Shown: positions 19,017 through 29,682, counted from the stretch's first letter. The stretch is 64,000 bases of DNA from a virus (IMGVR_UViG_3300043434_000734:96001-160000), one strand, 5' to 3'. Translations and numbers: made by a program. The notes: generated by a model from the letters alone, not told the origin.

Positions 19017-20234
19017 TTATTTTATTTTACTCATCATTTCCTTAATTCTTCTAAACTGAGGATTCTCATACGCTTTAGACTCAGATAAAACTTCAGTAGA
19101 TGAAGAAGATGATGGAGTATTAGAGATTTTTGTCGCAACTGATTCGGTAACTGTTGTTTTTGAACCTAATTCAGTTTTGATTGTTGCGAATAAAGACTTT
19201 GCCTCATTCATTGTAGAAACTGTATCGAATCTCTTTAAGATATTCAATTTCTCTTGTTTTGTTGTAGAATGTTCTGTAAACAAACGAGTAGCGTAAGCTA
19301 AGTTTGCATTAAATACGGCAACTTCGTTAAGTTTTTCCTTGAATAAAACTAATGCTTTCTTATATTCAGCGTTTTGCTTTTTTAAGTTTTCAACTTCTTC
19401 ATTCATTTCGTGACGACCCGCCTTGTATTTCATACCTTGACGTGGACCTTCACCTCTAACGTCATTTGCTTGTGTTCTTGCAGCTTCGGTAGTCTCAATT
19501 TCTTTAGAATCATCTTCTTCAGAAACCTCTTCTTCCTCTTCTTCTTCCTCGTCCAATTCAATTTCGTAAATTGTTTCTTCCTCTTCTTCAGAAACATCAC
19601 CCGCCATATCGTCAGATACAGGTGGGAAATCGGTGTCATCATCTTCAGAATCTAAACCATCAACGGGTAATTCCATTGTGTCTTCAGTTTCTAATGAATC
19701 TTCACCATCTAATTTAATGATGTATTCGTCTTCACCAGTATTGAAATCGATATTATCACCGTCTTTCTTAACTACAATACCATCTTCTGGTTTCATAGCC
19801 TTGAAAACCTTTAAAACTTCATCATCTGAAGCTGTGGTCATATCCATTACATCATCGTCATCCTCAACATCTGTATTATCTAAATCAGGTAATTCTAATG
19901 AATCCCCTTCTTCGTCATTAATACCTCCGTCAAGACCTTCGATGTCTTTACTTGGCTCATTATCGAGGTCTGTGTCATTTTCAGTATCGTCAGCCGTAGC
20001 TTCCTCATCTGACATATCGTCTTCCTCTTCTTCAGGTGTTGGTTGTTCGTCGATAGGAGTTTCTTCCTCCTCTTCTTTCGCAACTTCTTCCTCTTCTTCC
20101 AATGATTCTTTAAGCAAATCTTTAAGTTCTTCCTTCATAGTTGAAGCAAGTATACCTTTTGCATTTTGCTTTACTGCTTCTTCAAGATTCTGTACTTGAA
20201 GTAACGCTTGTTCTAAAATAGATTTTTCAGTCAT
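19017..20234 (-). CDS. Prohead core/scaffold protein (acidic)
   Basis: Between protease and MCP; acidic centre and coiled-coil C-terminus. Confidence 0.8.
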   Translation of the reverse strand: MTEKSILEQALLQVQNLEEAVKQNAKGILASTMKEELKDLLKESLEEEEEVAKEEEEETPIDEQPTPEEEEDDMSDEEATADDTENDTDLDNEPSKDIEGLDGGINDEEGDSLELPDLDNTDVEDDDDVMDMTTASDDEVLKVFKAMKPEDGIVVKKDGDNIDFNTGEDEYIIKLDGEDSLETEDTMELPVDGLDSEDDDTDFPPVSDDMAGDVSEEEEETIYEIELDEEEEEEEEVSEEDDSKEIETTEAARTQANDVRGEGPRQGMKYKAGRHEMNEEVENLKKQNAEYKKALVLFKEKLNEVAVFNANLAYATRLFTEHSTTKQEKLNILKRFDTVSTMNEAKSLFATIKTELGSKTTVTESVATKISNTPSSSSSTEVLSESKAYENPQFRRIKEMMSKIK

Positions 20235-20322
20235 TGTGAAAATTTGTTGTTTTATTACCTTATAAATAGTGTGAAATGTTGAAAAATTCTCTTTTTCAAT
20301 ATAATCACCCCCATAAAATTTA

Positions 20323-21006
20323 TTATTTAGATAAAAAAGTGTCTAAATTACCCATTAATTTTTTCATTCTATCTTCCATTGCGGGTTTCTTAATTTCAGA
20401 TTCTTGATATTGTTCTCTATCCGATGGATCACTAAAAATGTAAGCACCAGGAGTAGATGGGGAGGATACTAAATCAAAACAAACTAATTCAAAGTCCTCT
20501 TGTACGATGTTTTGACCCTTTACATTCTTCAATGAGCCAACACCACGAGAAGAAATACCCAATGTTGCACCGTTCATTATTAACATTGCAGCTTGGTCTC
20601 CTTTTGTTGAAACGATTCCCATCTTCTTCCAACCTGGAGAAGTGAATAATTTTATTTTACCCATAAGAATTTTTCCGTCCCACCAAGTTTCAAGAATTGA
20701 GTGTGAGACCCTATCTAAGTCGATAAGTGAAGATGATGGGTGATTAAGCTCATTTAACGCACTACCCTTCCTAATTAGAGTTTGATATTTTTCGTTTTCT
20801 CTCTTTAATAGAACTTCGGGATAAATTCTTCCATTCTTATTTGGAGTGTCGTATTTTTGTAAAACGGCATAAAGAATAAGGTCTTGTGAAAAGTCCATAT
20901 TCTTCATTTCCGATATAATTTGTTTGTTGTCGTCTGGAGATACGTGTCCTGCGTCGTATTCAATTAAAATCCCGTGTCCAGTTTCCTTTGGTCCTAATAT
21001 CTTCAT
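20323..21006 (-). CDS. gp21: Prohead protease (T4 gp21 family)
   Basis: NKNGRIYP, ELNHP, GISSRGVGS, FDLVSSPSTPGAY. Confidence 0.95.
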   Translation of the reverse strand: MKILGPKETGHGILIEYDAGHVSPDDNKQIISEMKNMDFSQDLILYAVLQKYDTPNKNGRIYPEVLLKRENEKYQTLIRKGSALNELNHPSSSLIDLDRVSHSILETWWDGKILMGKIKLFTSPGWKKMGIVSTKGDQAAMLIMNGATLGISSRGVGSLKNVKGQNIVQEDFELVCFDLVSSPSTPGAYIFSDPSDREQYQESEIKKPAMEDRMKKLMGNLDTFLSK

Positions 21007-21044
21007 TTATAGATTTTATTACTATAAATACATCAATATCTAAG

Positions 21045-21470
21045 TTATTTTTTTGATTTGTAAAAATTGAATAATTTTTTATTGGAAAGACCCTCCTCAA
21101 TAACCGTTAATAAAATATCTTTTACATTATTTTTGGTTTCTTTTGACTTAACATCGAATTGTTTATCGACATATAAAGTCACCTCTAAGTTCATAAAAGA
21201 CCTTTTTTCTAATTTTATTCCTTTTGTTCTTACATCTAAATCAACAATTGATTGTTGTTTAAAATTGGGACTATTAAGATTGTAAATAATTTCTTTTACT
21301 TTTCTTCTGGTTTTACTAATCGTTAAATCAAAATCGTCGGTTTCATTATCAGCTTGAATCCAAGAATTTAATTTAAGATAAATGGTTTTTAAATTTTTAA
21401 AATCTACGGTACCATAACCGATTTTTACGTTTTGGTATGTCCCTAATGGGATATACTTACCTGTCTTCAT
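21045..21470 (-). CDS. Hypothetical protein
   Basis: 141-aa ORF in the head module. Confidence 0.75.
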   Translation of the reverse strand: MKTGKYIPLGTYQNVKIGYGTVDFKNLKTIYLKLNSWIQADNETDDFDLTISKTRRKVKEIIYNLNSPNFKQQSIVDLDVRTKGIKLEKRSFMNLEVTLYVDKQFDVKSKETKNNVKDILLTVIEEGLSNKKLFNFYKSKK

Positions 21471-21547
21471 TAATTTTTCATATTATTTCATTTTATGGTG
21501 TTAATAAAAAATAACAAAAAAAAATTACAATACCAAAAATATTTTTA

Positions 21548-21555
21548 TATATTTG
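21548..21555 (+). promoter_or_regulatory. Bacteroidota-type -7 element (TATATTTG) upstream of rpsU
   Basis: Matches TAnnTTTG, 17 nt before ATG. Confidence 0.7.
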
Positions 21556-21572
21556 TAATATACTTATATATT

Positions 21573-21764
21573 ATGATTATAATTGACTTATCTAAAGAAA
21601 AAAGCATAGAGAGTGCGTTAAGGACTTACAAACAGAAAGTTCAAAAAACTAAACAGATTCAAAAATTGAGGGAAAGAAAAGAATTCACCAAACCTTCAGT
21701 TATTAAAAGAAATGAAAAGTTGAAGGCAGTCTATGTACAACAAATAAAAAATGGTCTTAATTAA
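21573..21764 (+). CDS. rpsU: Ribosomal protein bS21
   Basis: IESALRTYKQKV.KT.....LRERKEFTKPSVIKR (F.KPS..R signature), 63 aa. Confidence 0.92.
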   Translation: MIIIDLSKEKSIESALRTYKQKVQKTKQIQKLRERKEFTKPSVIKRNEKLKAVYVQQIKNGLN

Positions 21765-21776
21765 GACCATTTTTTA
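21745..21776. terminator. 32-bp perfect palindrome / bidirectional terminator spanning two convergent stops
   Basis: taaaaaatggtcttaa|ttaagaccatttttta. Confidence 0.85.
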
Positions 21777-22506
21777 ATTCTGTCAATCTATAGTAATTAT
21801 ATCTTGAAGTTTCCATTTCGTCTACTTCATTTTTTACTTTATTTAATTTACTTATCATTTCACTATCATTTACCACTGACTCGTTTAAAAGTGTATTGAC
21901 TTGATTTGTAATTGATTCTTTTAATTCAATTGTTTTAGATTCCAATTCTTCACTTGGGATTGATAATATGTTTTTCAACTCTTCTTGTTGTGACTCAGAT
22001 AATGTATTTGAATATAATATATTAAAATTATTTGCTAATACTGCGTGTAATAGATTTTCGTTTTGAGAATAAACGACTTGCTTAGATTCGTTTACATCTT
22101 TTTTAGTTATTAAATGGTCGACCAATTTCTTTTTAGCAATCACTTTATTTTCAATATTTGAAAGTGAATCTTTTAACGTTAATTGATCTAACGATTCATA
22201 CAATTGATTAGTTTTAATTTCAACATCACCTAATTTATTATTTAATGATTCACAAAAAACTGTTAAGTCATCTTTAGTCATTAATTGTGATAACATTGTG
22301 CTCACCCCCTCAACGTATAATTTTGCAGTTTCTTTATCCTCAATATACTTGTTTTCAATTTCTTCATAGAACAAATACATTTCTTTAAAGTCTTTATTTT
22401 CTTTAATTGTTTTTAATATATCTTTAACTTCTGTCTTATTTTCTTTTGTGTAAGACTCAGTTAATTTTGTCAACATTTTGGATTTTAATTCCCCGAATTT
22501 GTTCAT
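21757..22506 (-). CDS. Hypothetical head-module protein
   Basis: 249-aa ORF immediately downstream of portal. Confidence 0.8.
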   Translation of the reverse strand: MNKFGELKSKMLTKLTESYTKENKTEVKDILKTIKENKDFKEMYLFYEEIENKYIEDKETAKLYVEGVSTMLSQLMTKDDLTVFCESLNNKLGDVEIKTNQLYESLDQLTLKDSLSNIENKVIAKKKLVDHLITKKDVNESKQVVYSQNENLLHAVLANNFNILYSNTLSESQQEELKNILSIPSEELESKTIELKESITNQVNTLLNESVVNDSEMISKLNKVKNEVDEMETSRYNYYRLTELKNGLN

Positions 22507-22508
22507 TT

Positions 22509-24320
22509 TTAGTCGTTTAATATGTCTTTTATTTTTGTTTCTATTTCATAAATATTCTTTTGTGCTCTTTCCATATCAAATAAGATATTGAAATCTTCGT
22601 TTTCCTCACCCAACATACCTAATATTTTTGATTTTTTTGTTTCACTTAGTGGTTCTTCACCTCCACCACTCGATGGTGGTGGGCCTCCACCCATATCCAT
22701 ACCACCTCCTTCGGCACCCTCACCTGATGCGGCATCCATTGCCTTTTCTCTTTCCTCCTCAGGTATACCATACTTCTTATCCACCTCATCAAATACTCCA
22801 GAACGTTTGATAACCATTTGAGAATTTGTTAATTCGAATCCCATTGCTCTTTCTAAACGTTGTTGTTGTAAATCAAGTAACACTTCACTATCACTCATAC
22901 CTAAGATATTTTTCTTGGCCCAAGTGTGTGAAACAGGTAAGATACCAACTTGTGATTGGTCAGACGTAGCGTCTTTATATAATGTAATTTTTTCTTTCCA
23001 CTGCTCAATACGTAATAAATCGGATTGTGCGGATGGGTTTGTTAATGATAATGTGAAGTTATTTAATTCATCTTCCATACCTAAAAGGTATAGTTGAATA
23101 AGTGCAATTTTATTTAATTCCTGTATTAACGATTTTTGAATTCTGTTAATTGTACGTGCAAAACGAATATCCATTAATGCTAAACTCTTACCCTCGCCAA
23201 CAACCTCCTCAAATCCTAAGAATGCCTTTGGGATACGTAAAGCGGCTAATAACTTTTTTTGAATATATTCAATATCCGCAATCTCACCTAAATTTTGAGC
23301 CCCCGGTAACGTTTCAATTGGGTTGGTTTGTGATGGGTCTCGAACAGGAATAAAATAATCTTGGTCAACGGCCATTTGGTTGTACCTCATATCCACTTGT
23401 CCATTACGTGGGTCGGAAATTTGGTCTCTCTTAAATTTGTTAGCCACACGTTGTACATATGGTTCAATATCTTTATCGTCCATATTACCAACAAATACTT
23501 TAAATACACGTCTTTCAGGTGCTCTCGACGTTCTATAAATTAACATAGCATCTTCAGCAAGTAAAAGTTGTTTCCATATTCTTCTAATCTTATCTAACAT
23601 AGATGTACCATATGGTAATTTTCTATCGTCACCTAATAATCTAAAATGTGCAATTTCCCAAGCTTGGAATTCCATATCTTTGTTCTTCCAAGTAAATCTC
23701 AATTCCCTTGATGGTACTTTTGAATCTTTATTTATGACTCCACCTGCGGTTTTACTTGTTGCGCCCTCTAATCTTTCTATTTCTATATTCGGTAATTGTT
23801 GTACTCCAACAATTCCTTTTTCGGGGTCAATTTTTAGATACACAAAATCATCACCGTACTTACACATACCACGAGCCCACATTTGTAAGTTCGTATTTAT
23901 ATCTAATTGATTATTAAATAAATCTTCTAATATGTTTTTAATTCTATCAGATTCTGAATATATAGTCAATATTTGACCTTTTTCGGACATAGTTGTCGAC
24001 TCTTCAGCATAAATGTCAAGTGCAGCTGAAATCTCAGGTGTAAACTCCATAGATTCAAAATCGTAATATGCAGCCAATCTATTTGGTTCATAATATACCG
24101 ATTGGTTATATAGTGATTGGTCTAACTTGGTCCACTTATCAGCAATGTATTGACTTTGTTGTGCTTGTAACATTGCCTTTTCATACTCTTCTCTACTATC
24201 TGTTTTTAATAATTCATCCTTATTGAAATTAAACGAAGGTGTGTTATCCTGTTTCACACGATTAGGATAACCAAACATTCTGGTCATTTTTTGGAATACT
24301 GTTAAATTTTGATTTGCCAT
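22509..24320 (-). CDS. gp20: Portal protein (T4 gp20 family)
   Basis: YRTSRAPERRVFKVFVGNM, DYFIPVR, LPGAQNLGEIADIEY.QKKL..ALRIP. Confidence 0.95.
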   Translation of the reverse strand: MANQNLTVFQKMTRMFGYPNRVKQDNTPSFNFNKDELLKTDSREEYEKAMLQAQQSQYIADKWTKLDQSLYNQSVYYEPNRLAAYYDFESMEFTPEISAALDIYAEESTTMSEKGQILTIYSESDRIKNILEDLFNNQLDINTNLQMWARGMCKYGDDFVYLKIDPEKGIVGVQQLPNIEIERLEGATSKTAGGVINKDSKVPSRELRFTWKNKDMEFQAWEIAHFRLLGDDRKLPYGTSMLDKIRRIWKQLLLAEDAMLIYRTSRAPERRVFKVFVGNMDDKDIEPYVQRVANKFKRDQISDPRNGQVDMRYNQMAVDQDYFIPVRDPSQTNPIETLPGAQNLGEIADIEYIQKKLLAALRIPKAFLGFEEVVGEGKSLALMDIRFARTINRIQKSLIQELNKIALIQLYLLGMEDELNNFTLSLTNPSAQSDLLRIEQWKEKITLYKDATSDQSQVGILPVSHTWAKKNILGMSDSEVLLDLQQQRLERAMGFELTNSQMVIKRSGVFDEVDKKYGIPEEEREKAMDAASGEGAEGGGMDMGGGPPPSSGGGEEPLSETKKSKILGMLGEENEDFNILFDMERAQKNIYEIETKIKDILND

Positions 24321-24374
24321 TGTATATAAATACTTTTCTTTACAATATAAACTAAATAATTAGCAATGGGAAGT

Positions 24375-26150
24375 TTATCTCGGTTTACCAAATAACCACA
24401 TATGGTCACGATAAACTTCTTTCGACACATTCATTGAATTATTTTGATGATAAATGTTGTTAGTGTCCATACCCATAGAACCAATTTGGTCAAAAGACGT
24501 ACCATATGAATAAAATGTTTTATTCGGTTCATATGTTCTTTCTGTCATAGTCCAAGATTCCAACATTGCCTTATTTGCGTTTTCATTTTTTTGTAATTGA
24601 TTAAACGACATATCCGCCACATAAAGGGCCATTGACATACTCATAATGGCATCATCGTGAGCACCCTTCATATGGTCGGGCCTACCATTTATGTAAACAA
24701 ATGTATTTAACTCGTTTAGTAATCTATTTGACCTAACTTGAAATCCTTTTCTTAATTGTTCTTCGAACGCTGCCACAATTTGAGTTCGTTTATTATTAAA
24801 ATTAAGTCCGGGTATTTTTTCCATAGCTTTTGAATTATACTCCCATATATTTTTGGTGTTAATTCCATCAATATATAAGTTTTTATAATTCATTTCTTGT
24901 AATTTTCTTGAAGTTGCCACACCCATACCTCCGGTAATATCAATCACAATAAACGCCTCATATAAAATCCCCCACTTATAACAAATGGATGCCAAATCAT
25001 CTGGAGGTATTTTACCGATATATTCTGCAACTTGTTCACGCTCATCAAAATCGATTACACATATAGACGAAAAGTCTTCACTATCACCCCTACTTACGTC
25101 AACTCCCATAATGTATCTATGTCCTTGAATTGGTTCTTTCCATTGCCAAAATGTACCTTGCATATACTTTTCTTTAGGTACACGAATCATATTTTTGGCA
25201 ATATTCTCTTGTACATCACCGGGAATTACACCATCTCCCGAACCTAAAAAGTCACATTCTAACTCTTGAGCAATTTTACGTCTATCGTATTTAAACTTTT
25301 TAGACATAGATTCAAACCAAGAAGAATATGGTTTATAACCTTGTTCTTCTAATTCCTGATACTTTTCAATATCAAAATCAGTTATTACAACCTCATCATC
25401 ATTATATTGTTCTCTATTTAACATATAGTGACAAATATCTTGACATTTTACCCAACGTAAATCTTTGGTATATCGAGGGTCTTTAAACCATCTTAAATCA
25501 GTAATATGAAAGTCGTTTAACCCACGAATTGCTTGGTCATAAACACCGTAATATATGGGGTCATAACCATTTGGGGTAGATACTAATATAATCTTACCAC
25601 CCGTAGATAAGGACGCCATTGAAGCTGCCCAAAAATCTTCGCCCGCCTCAATATAGGCTGCCTCGTCAAATACAAGTATGGTCGGTGTATAACCTCGCAA
25701 AGCATCTGCGGATGTTGCCACCGCCTTAACTTCACAACCATTGTTTAATCTAAATCTACTTTCTGAGTTTTTATCTGGTGAAAATCCGACATTTAACCAT
25801 TCGGGCCATTGTTCTAAAAAGTGACGAACTTTGTTCGCCATTTCCACTGCGGTATCTTTTTTATTTGCAATTAATAAAACTCTTTCAGGTTCATCAGGTT
25901 TTGCTGTTTGTAATTTTTTTGAAATCCAAGCGGCGGTTACTGTTGTCACGCCCGCTTGTCTATATTTTCTTGTGATATTTTCGTTATAGACCTCATAATC
26001 TTTTATTAATTGAACTTGGTCTGGAAATAACTCTAACGGTACATATTTTTTTTGTGTATTATCATATGTTGTTAGATATGTTCTTAATGCATATGGAGCG
26101 TCCTTTATGATTTTAGCGTACTCCATTAATTGTTCTGCTCTCGTATTCAT
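24375..26150 (-). CDS. terL: Terminase large subunit (T4 gp17 family)
   Basis: KYRQAGVTT, ILVFDEAA, STPNG, GVDVSRGDSED, HDDAIMS. Confidence 0.96.
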   Translation of the reverse strand: MNTRAEQLMEYAKIIKDAPYALRTYLTTYDNTQKKYVPLELFPDQVQLIKDYEVYNENITRKYRQAGVTTVTAAWISKKLQTAKPDEPERVLLIANKKDTAVEMANKVRHFLEQWPEWLNVGFSPDKNSESRFRLNNGCEVKAVATSADALRGYTPTILVFDEAAYIEAGEDFWAASMASLSTGGKIILVSTPNGYDPIYYGVYDQAIRGLNDFHITDLRWFKDPRYTKDLRWVKCQDICHYMLNREQYNDDEVVITDFDIEKYQELEEQGYKPYSSWFESMSKKFKYDRRKIAQELECDFLGSGDGVIPGDVQENIAKNMIRVPKEKYMQGTFWQWKEPIQGHRYIMGVDVSRGDSEDFSSICVIDFDEREQVAEYIGKIPPDDLASICYKWGILYEAFIVIDITGGMGVATSRKLQEMNYKNLYIDGINTKNIWEYNSKAMEKIPGLNFNNKRTQIVAAFEEQLRKGFQVRSNRLLNELNTFVYINGRPDHMKGAHDDAIMSMSMALYVADMSFNQLQKNENANKAMLESWTMTERTYEPNKTFYSYGTSFDQIGSMGMDTNNIYHQNNSMNVSKEVYRDHMWLFGKPR

Positions 26151-26162
26151 ATATATAAATAC

Positions 26163-26188
26163 AAAAAAAGGGAGTTAAACTCCCTTTT
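26163..26188 (-). terminator. Intrinsic terminator
   Basis: aagggag ttaaa ctccctt with A-tract on +. Confidence 0.75.
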
Positions 26189-26191
26189 AAA

Positions 26192-27511
26192 TTAATCTTT
26201 CGATGTTGTGATACCAAGTGAACCTAAAAAATCGTCCAAATCGTCACCGCCATCTTCATCGTCATAATTATCCATTTCTCGATTATATTCGTCCTCTTCC
26301 CAATCTTCATTTCTTAAACTTTCCTCAATCTCACGTACCATTCTTTCTATAACCTGTTTTGCTCTTGGGTCACCTTTAACAACCATATTCATTAATTTAG
26401 CAAAATCCTTAGTTGATAATTTTGAAATTCTTGAAAACAAGTAATTTTGAATATGTTTTAAATCGTCTTCATATAATCTATCAGGATATGTGGATAATAA
26501 TTTTTCCCATATATACGGTCCAAATCGTAAATCCCATATTTCCATAGGTAAAGTATCCGTAACACCCATTACCATATCAGCCTGTCTTTTTTCATCAGGT
26601 AATCCCTGTGTTGCTATGATTTCCATTGTACCCTTAATTAATTCGTGAACTAACACTGGGAAAAATACTCCACGTGCTCTAACTGTAGGTGGTTCCGTTT
26701 CGGGGTCAATCTCTTCTTTACCGGCTTTAGTTCTTCCATCACCACCTAACATCATCTCATCAGGGAATATCCAATATAACATATCGTTAACGGACATTAA
26801 AATACCGTATAATGTAACAATGTTTGGTTTAAGCGCCACTAATCTTTCAGATACCAATTCAAACATATAGTGGCCCTTTTTTGAAGATCCCTGAATGAGT
26901 GCATTCATCACCTTTCTTTTTGCAACTTCGTCATTGAATATCTCAACTGCACTCATAAATTCCTCAACGTCATCACCAGCTTCTTCCGGATTAACACCAA
27001 ACTCTTGTTCAATTTCTTCTTCAGTTGGGTTCTCAGATTGATTTGCAAACCCCTCATTACTAATATCACCAATGCCGACCAACTTAGCGTCATATTGAAC
27101 TACCCCCTCAGGAACGGCTAATTCTTTCTTAACCAATTCAATCGCTAAGTTTTCTAACATTTCCTTATTCTCAGATTCAAATGATAACACTTCTCTCATT
27201 GCCCCCATCATAGACATTTGTAACTGTCTAAATGTGTTACCGTCGGTCACATTACCTTGTTGTCCTGTGTAATGTTTAACTTTATTAACCACATCAATAA
27301 AACGTTTTGAAGCGATTAATTCTTCAAAATTAGAAGGAATTCCCTCTGGTTGGTCCTGTGGTATGGATGGATTATCCTTATAAGGGGTCTCCTTATCTGC
27401 TAATTTTCTTTCCAAATCAGGATTCATCCTCTCTGGATTATTACCGTAGTCTATTGGCATCTCATTCAATGTTTCTTGAATTAAAGATAACAATTTTTTC
27501 TTGGAAAACAT
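26192..27511 (-). CDS. Hypothetical, probable virion protein
   Basis: 439 aa; N-terminal LIQETLNEM motif. Confidence 0.7.
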   Translation of the reverse strand: MFSKKKLLSLIQETLNEMPIDYGNNPERMNPDLERKLADKETPYKDNPSIPQDQPEGIPSNFEELIASKRFIDVVNKVKHYTGQQGNVTDGNTFRQLQMSMMGAMREVLSFESENKEMLENLAIELVKKELAVPEGVVQYDAKLVGIGDISNEGFANQSENPTEEEIEQEFGVNPEEAGDDVEEFMSAVEIFNDEVAKRKVMNALIQGSSKKGHYMFELVSERLVALKPNIVTLYGILMSVNDMLYWIFPDEMMLGGDGRTKAGKEEIDPETEPPTVRARGVFFPVLVHELIKGTMEIIATQGLPDEKRQADMVMGVTDTLPMEIWDLRFGPYIWEKLLSTYPDRLYEDDLKHIQNYLFSRISKLSTKDFAKLMNMVVKGDPRAKQVIERMVREIEESLRNEDWEEDEYNREMDNYDDEDGGDDLDDFLGSLGITTSKD

Positions 27512-27513
27512 AA

Positions 27514-28203
27514 TTAGTTTTGGTCTTTAAATTTAAAACCTAAATTTTTGAATTTCATAAACTCAGGCATTTTATTTTTTTTATCACCCTCTTCACCCAA
27601 TGCTTTAGGTTTTGGTGTGTGCTTCGGCTCAAAAGGATTTTCTCTTTTTGGTTTACCTGGTTTTGTTGTTGGTTTTTCTCTAACAGGGGTATCAGTATCA
27701 GGTTTTGAAGGTTCCCCCTTGTTTTCGGTTATTTTAACTTTAATGAGTTCCATAATTTCATTTTTTGAAGTGAAACTATGAAATTTTTCATTTTCAACCA
27801 AACCTTTTATCCATTTTTTTATTTGACTTTCCTTTAACTTTTTCGAATCCATAAATTCAGGAATATTATTATGACCCTTAGTGATTTTTTTACCAAAGCT
27901 AGGAGATTCTTCTAAATGTGAATGATCACATTTACAATTTTTAATTGTTTTACCACAATCTTCACATTTTTTAACATCATCATTTTTCTTTTCTCTCAAT
28001 TCAACATTAAGACCTTGATCTGTTAATTTTTTAACGTCATTTGGGTTTGAAGTTACTTTTGACATAACAACACTACCCTTTTTTACTTGTTCACTTAACA
28101 TTCTTTCCGCTAAATTCACAAGTTGTTTATCGTTTAATTTAACTAATGTTTTTTCTGATAAACCCTCGGCAATCAATTTACCTACTATAACGTCTCTTTT
28201 CAT
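27514..28203 (-). CDS. Hypothetical, probable virion protein
   Basis: 229 aa; Pro/Lys-rich C-terminus. Confidence 0.7.
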   Translation of the reverse strand: MKRDVIVGKLIAEGLSEKTLVKLNDKQLVNLAERMLSEQVKKGSVVMSKVTSNPNDVKKLTDQGLNVELREKKNDDVKKCEDCGKTIKNCKCDHSHLEESPSFGKKITKGHNNIPEFMDSKKLKESQIKKWIKGLVENEKFHSFTSKNEIMELIKVKITENKGEPSKPDTDTPVREKPTTKPGKPKRENPFEPKHTPKPKALGEEGDKKNKMPEFMKFKNLGFKFKDQN

Positions 28204-28601
28204 ATATTCTTGAATTTTATTTCTTCATTTAAAAGAATGTAACTTCTTTGTTTTAATTTTTTAGTGACACTTTCAATAGACTCACCAAATTTAAAAGTAA
28301 GTCTTTCATTTTCAGATTCAAAATCAAACTTCTCCCAAGCCATTGCAATTACACCATCTACAGCATCAATAACTCCGAAATAATCGGAGTTTTGAATAAG
28401 TTCTAATTGTAAATCTGTATTTTTTAAAAGTCCCACTAAATCAATATATTCAATATCTGGTGATTTTGGTTCTACACTTAAAGATGCTGGAACCTTGAAC
28501 CATACGTCCATATCTATTTCAGTACTATTGCTGAATATAAATTCGTATTGTTTTTGTCCTTTGTAATCTTCACCGATTTCATTGACATATATCAAATGCA
28601 T
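28200..28601 (-). CDS. Hypothetical protein
   Basis: 133 aa, translationally coupled. Confidence 0.75.
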   Translation of the reverse strand: MHLIYVNEIGEDYKGQKQYEFIFSNSTEIDMDVWFKVPASLSVEPKSPDIEYIDLVGLLKNTDLQLELIQNSDYFGVIDAVDGVIAMAWEKFDFESENERLTFKFGESIESVTKKLKQRSYILLNEEIKFKNI

Positions 28602-29611
28602 TAGTTGAAATGTTTACTTAAAATCTCGTTTGTCATTTTATTGATTTCATCCTTAATTTCATCCAAATCAAGTTCTTTTATTTCATCTTCGTCATTTACC
28701 GATTCAGATGAAACCTCTTCGTCAGTCTCTTTAATTGAATACTTACTTAAGTTAATTTCATCAGTGTCCATTGGAGTACTAATAAATTCTTCCAATGCAT
28801 TAATTCCCACATATTCATCAATATCAGATTCAGGTTCATCAGCCGGCTCTTCAGAAGGAAGTTCATTTGGTACATCTTGACTACCTTTTTCATCTTCTTC
28901 TCTTTCGAATTTTTTACCGATTTCTTCGATATCTTCGTCATCTAATTTATCCAAATCGACAGCGGAGATTATCATATTTAAAATGTATTTAATATCATCA
29001 CTCTCCATCTTATCTTGTAAATCTCTCAATTCCTGACCTAATTTACCTGCATATTTTTGTGCCTCGGCCATATATGACGATCTTTTACCTTCATCTTCAC
29101 CACCTTCTTGAGATATTGAGTCTGATGGTACATCTGACGGTAAATCATTACCAATTGACGTGTCATCACTCATATCAGGCACCTCCTCACCTGAATCGTC
29201 AGGTGTTGGTACAGGTGGTAAATCCATTGATGGTTCCGCAATTGGAGCTTCCGCTTGTGGCTTAGTTTGTTTTAAAACATACTTTGTGGCTTCTTGTAAT
29301 TCTTCTTGACCTTTTAACAATTCAAGTCTTTTATAAGCTTCAGCGTACGACGAGAATTTGTTTTTATTCTTCATAAACATACCACCAATATAATCTAATG
29401 ATGATTCATTTAAACCTCTTTTAACGTAGTATCCGTCTTTTTCTTTTACTACACCATAAACTCCACCTGTTTTAGATTCTTTCACTAATTCAGTTGTTTT
29501 TGAGGAATTACTTTTATTATTGTTGTTTTTAAAGTAAGTAAGTTCAAGGATTCTTTTTAATTTGTCGTCCCCATTTAATTTCTCACTACCTAGTGGTTTT
29601 AAATCTCCCAT
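28601..29611 (-). CDS. Hypothetical acidic protein, probable head-associated
   Basis: 336 aa with late motif upstream. Confidence 0.7.
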   Translation of the reverse strand: MGDLKPLGSEKLNGDDKLKRILELTYFKNNNNKSNSSKTTELVKESKTGGVYGVVKEKDGYYVKRGLNESSLDYIGGMFMKNKNKFSSYAEAYKRLELLKGQEELQEATKYVLKQTKPQAEAPIAEPSMDLPPVPTPDDSGEEVPDMSDDTSIGNDLPSDVPSDSISQEGGEDEGKRSSYMAEAQKYAGKLGQELRDLQDKMESDDIKYILNMIISAVDLDKLDDEDIEEIGKKFEREEDEKGSQDVPNELPSEEPADEPESDIDEYVGINALEEFISTPMDTDEINLSKYSIKETDEEVSSESVNDEDEIKELDLDEIKDEINKMTNEILSKHFN

Positions 29612-29682
29612 TTTATAATTTTGTTAAGATATACTTATTCTTATCCTATAAATACATTGATATATAGAAAAAATAAGGTTCT

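Noticed and set aside
19633-20199. 188-aa Ser-rich + strand ORF
   Set aside because: Antisense shadow of GAA/GAT-rich scaffold codons; same for 27548, 28605, 22588 and similar ORFs
24375-26150. Introns or inteins in terL, portal or MCP
   Set aside because: ORFs are continuous, of expected size, with no intein or LAGLIDADG motifs
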